The notes below the pieces were generated by a model, which saw nothing but the letters and a program-made list of their open reading frames with translations, had not been told where the DNA came from and did not search any database. This document shows positions 54,524 through 64,000 of a stretch of DNA of 64,000 nt, piece by piece. The translations under genes were made by a program, and so were the position numbers. The number at the start of each line of letters is the position of its first letter. Position 1 is the stretch's first letter. Source of the stretch: Nitrosopumilaceae archaeon (GTDB taxonomy: Archaea > Thermoproteota > Nitrososphaeria > Nitrososphaerales > Nitrosopumilaceae); assembly GCA_965207375.1 (NCBI GenBank), contig CBDBMG010000001.1, positions 224,001 through 288,000 on the forward strand, in the 5' to 3' direction.

Positions 54524-55527
54524 TCACTGAATGGCAGTCACCAGCTTCTTGGACAACTTTGCCAGCTCTGTTGGAGGAGTCTTAACGTATTGCTGGTATG
54601 CATTGCTGCGCCAGCGACCCATCATCTGTATGTGAGTTTCTGGTATCTTTGCTTGCATGGCTGTGGTTGCTGCCCCGATGCGAAAGCTGTGGGAGTTGTA
54701 ATGTTTTTATTTAGATTGAGCTTTGCTAGTAAGGAGTCGAGCTCTGTAGTAAACATGTGTCGAGTAAGGCCCTTTCCGGATTGTGTTATGAAAAGTGGTC
54801 CGGTGTGGCCCCCTCGGATGGCTAGGTATGAAAGGACTGCTTTTATTGGGCAAATGGTGCAGTCTGTTGCACCCACGTAGAGTGTTACACCCTGTCTGAA
54901 TGGGTCCGTCTTAGACTGCTTCAAGACCACCTGTAGTAGCCGAGGGGGTGTCCCTGCTATCGATTGCGATGTCTTGGAGAGATAAGTGGCAGGATGAGTC
55001 GTACAACCCCTCTTGCGGTATAGTGAATTCACTGACACGCAGGAATCCAAAAAAGGCTAAGCTGCATGCAGCCCAAAGCATGGTGTTAGCATGTGAACGA
55101 GGCTTTTGTGAGAGAAGTCTTCGTATACTGTGCAGGATCTGGATTGTGATGGGTAGGCAAATTCTGGGTGAGTGGGTCGATGCTTGGTGTTTCTTGATAC
55201 CCCTCAAAATGAGCTGAATTCGTGGAGTGAGCTGCTGGTTGAACTGGTTATGCAAGCCCTTGGAAACGTGCATATGTCGTATAGCTGATAGATAGACTTT
55301 GATGGTACCCTGAGAAATGTTAGCTGTAGCAAGGTGTGCTACAAATAATGTCGATGTGTACTCTGTTGCTGGGGTTGCAGGGACCCTTGCTAATTTGCAG
55401 AAATTGATGTATCTTGCCTGTCCTGCTGCATAAGTGTTTCTGCTGGATGTTGCCAACCCATCACGGAAGAGCTCTTGAGCCTTATCGAGAAGCACTTCGT
55501 GTTGTACTGTGGGTGCTCTGCGTTGAT
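54524..55527 (-). CDS. DIRS/Ngaro-type tyrosine recombinase (two single-base frameshifts)
   Basis: AFFGFLRVSEF, KQSKTDPFRQG, CPIKA, HSFRIGAATTA, MGRWRSNAYQQY. Indels in the G5 run (54944-54948) and the T5 run (54704-54708). Confidence 0.85.
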
Positions 55528-55661
55528 CTATATAGGAGATCATGCAAATGGTACAACGAGCCATATAATGTGCATAAATGTGCAAATAATACGTAGATGT
55601 ACAATACAGAATATATGAATGTGCATAGAGCTATGTAAAAAACAAGTTTATTTTGTAACAG

Positions 55662-56206
55662 TTAGTCAGGGAATGCCAAATTCCATATGGTAACGTCAAT
55701 GGCTGACCATTCTTTGACTGGGGAGGCAGACGCTTTGAGACGAAATCGGCGGTCATATATAACCCAGCATCCTTCCTGGCAGTCCTGTGAAGCACGTATT
55801 ATCAGGCTTTGATAACCGATCATATCTGCAATGCGGGTTGGTTGAGTACGGGAGATAATAGCGATGTAAAGTCCAAAGCATTGTATCCAGTCTATGATGT
55901 TGGAGACTTCGGGAGGCTTGTTCTTGATGCGAGGAGCTAGATCTCCGGCATTGAAATCGGCAGAGTTTAGACGTTCGGGCAGGAGTTCAAACATCTCCAC
56001 AAATAACCCATCTTCCACTCGTTTCACCAGTCTGGGTGGTACAGGTGGTAAGCTATTACATATCAAAATTGGAGGCTGATGCCTATCCATGGGTACACTA
56101 CTGCTGGGGTTAGGGGTGACTGTACCAGGCACGTCACTTGAGTTGGCAGGGTCCCCTATTTCCCGAACATGAGTGAGCTGATTACAGACAGGAAGATCGT
56201 CAAAAG
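55662..56206 (-). CDS. gag-like exon of the YR element
   Basis: PPVPPRLVKRVEDGLFVEMFELLP...IIDWIQCFGLY...WVIYDRRFR. Pyrimidine-rich TTTAG acceptor at 56208-56207, open frame to TAA, AATAAA 10 nt downstream. Confidence 0.75.
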
Positions 56207-56452
56207 CTAAAGATGAGAGAAGGGGGGGGGGGGGTATGAAACTTGGGTGGTAGTGGCCATGCTGCTATTATGTTAGTATGTGCGTGCGTTAACAGTGACT
56301 ATTTGCATGTGTACAACTGATCATACATGTATATATATAAGCATAACATAAGCAATACATACATGTGTTTGGCGATTATGGTAGTTAACAGTTGAGGCAT
56401 TTACGGGTGTGTCCAAATCGCTATACTGCCCATGTCAGGCAACACAACATAC

Positions 56453-56873
56453 CAAATTCATCCTCTTCGCTGGTATCTTGACTAGACGGGGCGCTATCCT
56501 CACGGCGACTGATTGGGAGGCGTGACGTCCGTCCCTGGTCGGGGGGTGTTGCGGGCAAGGCGTTAACAACTGCTTGAACAATGCCCGGGATATCATCGGT
56601 AGTAAGGGGATGAATCCTTGGTCGCTTCTCCTGCGTCGGTGGCGTGACGTTATGGTTGTTGGTCTTTCTCTTGCGGGTAGAGGGAGACGTCGCACTTGGC
56701 CGTGAACTTTCGTGCGGTGTCGGTGGCCTTCTCTCCTGTTGCTGCCGTGTACGCGTACTCGTAACGGATGGCGTAGCTGTCTTCTTATTCGGCTGTGACT
56801 TCTTCGCTTTTGTACTCGTAACGGATGGCGTAGCTGTCTTCTTATTCGGCTGTGACTTCTTCGCTTTTGGCAT
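56453..56873 (-). CDS. Leader exon of the YR element (basic, low-complexity protein)
   Basis: ATG 4 nt past the inner end of A1; 19-aa tandem duplication KAKKSQPNKKTATPSVTST; ends G|GTATGT in phase 1. Confidence 0.7.
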
Positions 56874-57267
56874 TCTGAAAGTCTAGAGGGTTGTCTATAA
56901 TGGCGGTTCTAGAAGATTCCGTAATTGCCCGCACGTGCTAATGCGCATGCGTTGCTATTCTTGTTAATGCCCTCCAGTTCCTTATATTTTGCTGCACTAT
57001 GGACATCACCTGGAGCCACATGCCTGCAGTTCACTCTAACATTAACTTGGTTTAAAGGTATTTAAACTTTATTAAATACACATAGTTACAGATTACATAG
57101 CTATACGCTTACCTAACTTACCTCCACTGTATTACTGCTTAGATGACACATAATACACATTACATGCTTTGCTTATGCTGTTTAGACTACTTTGGGTTAG
57201 CAGAGGGCAACTGAGGATATCACTGGGCACAATCTGGCATACCATAGCCAATCATGCAGCAATTGTA

Positions 57268-57610
57268 CATGCAGCAGCAGCAACCGATAATAAAACACAC
57301 ATGCAGCAATCACGCATGCAGCAATAGTAGCGATCACGCATGCAGCAACAATAGCAATCACGCATGCAGCAACAATAGCAATCACGCATGCAGCAACAAC
57401 AGCAATCACGCATGCAGCAACAGCAATCATGCATGCAGCAACAACAGCAATCACGCATGCAGCAACAGCAATCACGCATGCAGCAACAACAGCAATCACG
57501 CATGCAGCAACAACAGCAATCACACATGCAGCAACAACAGCAATCATGCATGCAGCAACAGCAATCACGCATGCAGCAATAATAGCATTCACGCATGCAG
57601 CAACAATAGC
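57268..57610. repeat. 21/24-bp minisatellite (CATGCAGCAACAACAGCAATCACG)
   Basis: Seen directly; source of the C/Q/A-rich ORFs. Confidence 0.9.
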
Positions 57611-57934
57611 TTGTTTTTGAACATGTAAGCCCTTAATAAGCTACTCTACTATGTGACAAGCATTTACTGTGCCCAATTTTTTGCCCAAAGTTCCCCAGTT
57701 GCCCTTATTAATACTGACTGTCATCTGTATGTGTACATAGCTACAACATAGCTAGTATATAGCAATCGTGATCTGTGGAATTTACAATCATATGCAGGAG
57801 TTCTCGCCAACATTAGCCAGTACTGTTGTGTATCATTTACTGCTTTGCTATTGATCCACATTCCATGTTGGATGATGAGAGGCGCCTGTGCGGGAAAGGA
57901 TTTGTGGAGTTGATGATGTGGTAATTGTTGGGCT

Positions 57935-58300
57935 ATAGATGTAAATATGTGTTACTTAACCATCTGCCAAGTTTTTAAATCAACCACGATGGTAACCCTG
58001 CTGTAGCGGCAGTGGTAGCTGCACCTATTCGGAAGCTATGCAAAGCGTAGGGGGGGGGTTACCTCCTACCAAGTTCTTTTCCAACAAGGCCATAGAAAGG
58101 TTGTTCAACTAGCTTGAACATCTTTCCACCCAAGCAGATATGTACGTAGTTAGTACAGTTGTGTACTTGGACTTACAGGCACCATCAGTATGTAAAAATA
58201 TCTCTGCAGAGGAACCAGTACTCAGGAAACATATGTCGGGCTCTGTGCAGTAAGTATTGCCTTCAGGAACCTGTCAGTGAGTAACAACATGATAACAAAT
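57935..58300 (-). pseudogene. Older DIRS/Ngaro remnant (recombinase C-terminus, RNaseH-like traces)
   Basis: HSFRIGAATTAATAGLPSWLI*KLGRWLSNTY at about 58040-57940; upstream AEIFLHTDG is RNaseH-like. Confidence 0.55.
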
Positions 58301-59399
58301 AGCATACTGATTACATCGACACAATGCTTTAGCAGTACAGCACTCAATTGTTCCACAGTTATCATAAGAAATCGTAAAATGGAGTAGCTAGTAGCTAATA
58401 ACTTTGTAGCAAACAGCATGTGGATGTATAGCTAGCTGGTATATAGTTATAGCGAATTCAAACTATGGCTATCTGGGCTTAATACTAATCCATATAACTT
58501 TCGGACTAACCACACACAGAGTTAGTAGAATTAGAGTCCAATGTAGCACCTACGCGGACCAACATTATCGACAGTCAAAAGATGTGCCACTAAAATATTT
58601 TGATAGTCTCTACATGTGATACCTATACTTGGTTGTGATTTTATAGAGCTATGCAAGTCAACATAACATAACTGAGGTGTTGTTGTAATTTTATAGAGCT
58701 ACGCAAGTCAACATAACATAAACTGTTGAAGATATGTATAATCATCACAAAAAGCTTGGCGTTTATCCCGAGGTGGGCACCAATAAATTGCAATAATTTT
58801 TTTTGGATGGGCGACTCAAAGCCTACAAATAGATAAGAGAGTGGGCATTGTGCCAGTATTGTACGAGTACAGTATCTAGCTAGTTGTTGAATCCCTGAAA
58901 TACAGGATCTGTGATTTGAATAAGAAAGCATTTAATATTTGACCAATGGCAATTCACACGTTCACGTGGTAGATGAATAGAAAGATTCTGTTATGTGATC
59001 AATATATTCGCTGCCCAGGATATAGCTAAATAATTATCCATGCGCATGTAAACTATCTTTTGTACATTTACAGATATGAACACAAAGCTGCAGGAACAGC
59101 AGCATATTACATAGCTCCATGAATGCTGTGCACCTAGTAATTCAGTAGGTTAAAATGCACTTATTCTTTCACAAAGCTGCAGGAACAGCAGCATATTATG
59201 TAGCTCCATGCATGCTGTGCACCTAGTAATTCAGTAGGTTACAATGCACTTATTCTTTTGCACCTAGTAATTCAGTAGGTTACAATGCACTTATTCTTTT
59301 ATAATATAATGTAAATAATTATATGCAGCAAGGTGCGGATCTATTCTATAGTTGTGGAGACTAGCTCTACACCCGAAGAGATCACATTACCATTCCGTG

Positions 59400-60050
59400 C
59401 CTACAAAGACAATACATAGCACAAGATTTAGCACTTGCGAAAACCACATGCAAGAAACACGCAATTTTTCACTTGCGGAAAGCAGATATAGCACATCAAG
59501 CACACCATTCCGGACTCACAGAGACCACATAAAGTGCACAACTCTGATCACAGAATGCACACAATTCCACACATGTGATCACATTACAATTCCACACTAT
59601 ACAAAGCACATAATTCTGCGCTTGCGGAGACCACATAAAGCACACAATTCAGCAAACAATTCTGTGCTTGTGGAGCACAATACGATTCCATGCTCGTGGA
59701 GACAATATAAAGCACACAATTCTGCGCTTGCGGAGACCACATAAAGCACACAATTCCGCGCTTGTGGAGCACATTACAATTCCATGCTCGTGGAGACAAT
59801 ACAAAGCACACTATTCCACGCTTGCAGAGCACACAATTCTGGACTTGCGGAGCACATTACAATTCCACGCTCGTGGAGACAATACAAAGCACACAATTCC
59901 GTGCTTGCGGATGCCACATAAAGCACACAATTCCACGCTCATGGAGACAATATAAAGCACAAAATTCCGCGCTTGCGGAGACCACATAAAGCACACAATT
60001 CCGCGCTTGCGGAGCACATTACAAATCCACGCTCGTGGAGACAATATGCA
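59400..60050. repeat. Tandem repeat of ~28-bp related subunits (GCACACAATTCCGCGCTTGCGGAGACCACATAAA-like)
   Basis: Seen directly; preceded by short tandem duplications at about 59080-59300. Confidence 0.85.
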
Positions 60051-62178
60051 ACGTTACAATATATACACAACATTACAAAGCATAAAACATTACAATACAT
60101 ATAACAGTACAATACATAACATTACAGTACATATAACATTACAAACTTAGCAGCTATGCATACAGAAAAGTTTTTGTGCACACAAGCCTGTGCTCGCAGG
60201 AACCACAAGGCACGCTTGCGGGAAAGCGTCTCGTCGGCGTCAGGTGTGACATTATCAGCGCTGGGTGGGTTATTGCCGAAATATCGCCAATAATACTGGG
60301 AGTGGCCCTATTGAGTTGTTGAAAAATGAAGGCAACTGTTCCATTATCTGCCGAGGTTTGAAGAAAGCGTAGACGGTACTGTTTCTATACCTAATGACGC
60401 AGATGTAGGATGCAAAAATTGATAAAAGTGATTAGCCATTATATAGTTTATAACTTTTGAGTTGGGAGCGAAACATTTTTTGCTGGTAACGAAGCCAAGT
60501 CTGAAAGTGACAATTCTCGGTGTTGCTGGTATCGGGTGGTTTGTCGAACGTGTGCGCTACATGTAGGTGCTTGGCGCCGTTTTGACGGCATAATGCTCAG
60601 AATACTGAGGTGCTAAAGTAAACCCATAGTGACAATACGCGCTTATAATCGTTATAATACACACACAAAACAACCCACAGGTTAGATACGAGGTAGAATT
60701 CTTGATGATAATCTCCTTCTGATCGACCGCATGGTGCACCACGTGATGAGTTATGAGATTGCGCATTTATTAGGTTTGTGTTCGCATATCTACGTATTAT
60801 CTCGCTATATTTACAATCGTACCACAGTGCATGCTAGTTCCCATCCCTTCTTATGTCTTGCATGTTAGCTTCAATTTATTGTTATGATAATAAATTACAT
60901 TTTAACTTATATAGCACCTAGTTTTTAGATGGTAAAATGTCGACTTGTTCTTCCTAAATCTATATGGAGTTATTTATTTAGAAATGGTAAAATGTCAACT
61001 TGCTCTAAGTCATATCTCTGGTACTGTACTTGACAAATTAATCTCAACCTTTGTCTTTCACTGGACACATCCATACACAACAGACAAGTCTGTTACAGAT
61101 CTGTTACAGACTTGTAAAGAACAGATCTGTCACAGATCTGTATTTGAAACTGCCACAGAGCTGTCACATATCTGTTACATGACTGTTACAGATGACCTAT
61201 CAGTATGTCTCTACTATATTTGACAGATGGTGTATATAGCATTAACAGCCCTATACATATATAGTTATGACAGACTTAATAATTAATGCTATAATATTAA
61301 AATTAATCATACGTACATGCCATTCACAAATTAAGTAAACACATGCAAAAACTTAAATTCTGTATAATGTAAACAGTACATTGTCTTTTCTGCAGTATCT
61401 TTCAATGTCCCTGATGTGCTAATGTTCATTAAACCTTTCATTTTCATTTTCTTCTAGTGTTTCAGTAAGTATCATTAATTCTGTTTACATCATCCGCAAC
61501 ATGCATCTCACCTTTGATCACTTCCTCCAAAGCCATCTTTCACCCTACAAGGTGAATCCTGTAAGCCAGGATAGCAAAAATGAAAAAAATTATGCAGTCA
61601 CTCACTTAATGATAGCAGGGGTATGTGTGTTTGTCACCACCCACAATCAACTGCGAGTCTTTAAAAATTGATTTCACATACCATGTTGAGTTTCTGTAAT
61701 CAAACATGCATACATTTGTATTTAAAATATCATTTACACATGTAGCTATGTACATACATACCTTGGGTGCAGTAACTACAGTTCTACTGTCACTAGCACA
61801 CACTAGATATGACAAAATATAATAAGAATATTAGTTACCTCAGTTAACTCATATCAAGGTTAATAGTTACTTGAAAAGATTAGCTTAATCTGGACTACCT
61901 GTTACCTCCAACAAAATAAAGGCTATCACATGTTTATGGTATGTGTGGTAGGTTATCCTTGCATGTAATATACCACAGACTACTTAGTAGGTGGTACTTT
62001 TGGTCTTAAAAATTGTGCTTTAGCAACTATAGAGCTATAGTGATCATAAGAAGTGCCTGATCATAATGTGTAGTTGGCTAATCATCAGTAGTTATACATT
62101 ATAGCAAGAGTCCATATGTAAAGCTACAAGTACATGGCATGTAAATGTTCTTGATTTGTTGTATATTTCTTTCCATAG

Positions 62179-62331
62179 CTGTCTTTGTAAGCTTTGAACG
62201 ATCAACATACAGTGTTGATGAAGATGCTGGATCAGCACAACCTGTACTAGTTCTCAGTAACCCATCATCACTGGAATTTAATGTAACAGTGACTAACACT
62301 GATGGATCAGCTACTGGTGGATCAACTATTG
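62179..62331 (+). CDS. Calx-beta domain, exon a
   Basis: VFVSFERSTYSVDEDAGSAQPVLVLSNPS...DGSATGG; CCATAG acceptor and GTGAGT donor, phase 1-1. Confidence 0.9.
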
Positions 62332-62380
62332 GTGAGTACTGTAGTATTTGATTAACTATTAATACTATAACATGTTACAG

Positions 62381-62587
62381 GAGGAGGTGTTGATTATATT
62401 TCTGGACCATACACTGTCACATTTCCTGCTGGAGTGACAAGAGTACCATTTGATATTGCAATAAATGATGATGATGTTTTGGAAAGCATTGAGAACTTCA
62501 TGCTCACTATTAATCCATCCTCACTACCCACTAATGTTACTGTTGGTAGTCCTGGTCGAGCTACAGTGACCATTGTGGATGATGATG
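62381..62587 (+). CDS. Calx-beta domain, exon b
   Basis: GVDYISGPYTVTFPAG...IAINDDDVLESIENFMLTI...ATVTIVDDD; follows a 49-nt intron; GTAAGC donor, phase 1-1. The gene presumably continues beyond the window. Confidence 0.9.
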
Positions 62588-62642
62588 GTAAGCAATTATT
62601 GAATACTTTTCTGTATACGTACTTTTGTTCTTGTATGTCATC

Positions 62643-63251
62643 CCTTATAGCCAGAAAATTTCGAGGGCTCCAATTTTCAAGGATTTCGAGGATTTTTTGT
62701 TAACCTCGAAAATTTTATCCTCGAAAAGTTTTGGCTGCTAAATAAGTTTTTTATCTATGGTAGCCCGTGCAATATATCAATATACTTACGCGAGTCTAAT
62801 ATAGTGGGTCGGCTTTATCAATAGATTAGTGTGTCAGCAAAGGAATAAAGGCAGCCAACAATGTCGGCTCGAGTGTCAGCTTCAACAACTGTCATGGCGA
62901 TGATGCTCTGTAGACTGGTCTATCATACTAATTTAAAGTGCCAGCGCTCCCAACAAATAAGCGCGTACAGAATATGTCATCTTCAGTGCTGAAGACATGA
63001 ACATTATACTGTATAGTAACCCTACCAAGAAGCTCAACTGCTTTCCCACTGCAGATGATATGGCAGACTTGAATGGGTAAGCGATGTTCATACAGTTTTG
63101 GCTTGTGACATGCGCCAAGTTGCACCAGCGAGCGTTAATAGGAAAATTCCAAGTCACTGAACCTTGAAAATTTTATCATGAAAATTTTCATTTAAAGTAA
63201 AATTTGCTCAACCTCAAAAATTTCAACCCTCGAAATTTTCCGGCTATACGG
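62643..63251. mobile_element. Tc1/mariner-type MITE
   Basis: Imperfect TIRs CCTTATAGCCAGAAAATTTCGAGGG / CCCTCGAAATTTTCCGGCTATACGG. Confidence 0.7.
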
Positions 63252-63754
63252 TATGGTTGAAAGTCTTTTAAGTGCAAACCAACATTGCATCAAGCATGTG
63301 TACAACCCATTCAAGTGCTAACCTTAATACACCATTTGCCACTGCAGTATTGCTATATAGTATAGAGCTATGCAGTATGTATCTATGTACAAGTGCACTG
63401 TAACACCTTAATTTATTGCACAGCATCACTGCATAATTATCAGAACTCACAGTAGTGAGTCGCGTGGCCATGAAAACAGCTCACATGACGACTACAGAGA
63501 GTCTCTTACACATAGCAATGGTATATAAAATCAGATAATAAAACTAACCTTTCCACAACTCAAATCGCTTCCTTATTGCAGCTGTCTAACCATTGGTATC
63601 TCATTGCTCAGTAAAACCAGAATCTAGCAGTAATGCTACAAGTAATTCTACATGAGTATTGTGAAGTCTGTGTTTCAAAATTTTTTGTTTTTACTTCACC
63701 AGGTTCATTTTTGCAGCCTGTGGACAAACTTTATGGACGTACTTATATAACAAT

Positions 63755-64000
63755 AATCAAGACTCACGATAGTGAGTCGCGAGGCCAAGAAGAAGCAGCC
63801 GTACGCGACGAACGAGTGAGTTATTTACAGGTAGCACCGCTCAAAAATTCGCAGACGCTGTAACTAAGCCGCCATAAAAGCTACCGCTTAGTTATTACGG
63901 ACCTAGTACGTTCTTACTATATAGAATCAATATACCAACAATGAAGTAAATAGCTGCCTCCATTCCTGAGTATCAGCCATTGCGAGTTTTATGGCGCTCG
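63755..64000 (-). mobile_element. Family D repeat end, inverted copy (runs off the window)
   Basis: Near-identical reverse complement of 18592-18837. Confidence 0.85.

Larger units (their letters stand above)
52547..57073 (-). mobile_element. Tyrosine-recombinase element with split direct repeats (Ngaro/PAT-like), lacking RT/RNaseH
   Basis: A1 56877-57073 matches A2 53773-53969 (197 bp). B1 53969-54244 matches B2 52547-52822 (276 bp, one difference seen). Minus-strand order: A1, leader, gag-like, YR, B1, A2, spacer, B2. No TSD evident. Confidence 0.9.

Overview
AT-rich, intron-containing animal DNA, probably a demosponge (inferred from the gene architecture and repeat content, not proven). 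The + strand carries the last two exons of an upstream gene, which encode a basic bacterial-type Ig-like module (4544-5477). It then carries a chain of exons that all start and end in phase 1: five Ig domains (15.1-25.2 kb), one 479-aa IgGFc-binding (FCGBP N-terminal)-like exon (45.2-46.7 kb) and a Calx-beta domain (62.2-62.6 kb). These may form one large surface or adhesion protein gene. The introns are filled with decayed Gypsy and LINE elements, many MITEs, Helentron-like (DINE/HINE-type) repeats and micro- and minisatellites. Three features stand out. (1) A young 4.5-kb tyrosine-recombinase element (52547-57073, minus strand) has Ngaro/PAT-type split direct repeats but no RT/RNaseH, and one phase-1 leader exon can splice in frame to either a gag-like exon or the recombinase exon; the same donor is present in a diverged relative at 1.9-3.3 kb. 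(2) Two copies of a Helentron-like element have a ~335-bp terminal palindrome whose loop lies in opposite (flip/flop) orientations. (3) A MITE-spacer-MITE-spacer-MITE array of apparently identical units has an 804-bp period. All exon calls come from splice-site and frame inspection only, and domain names are motif recognition without database searches.
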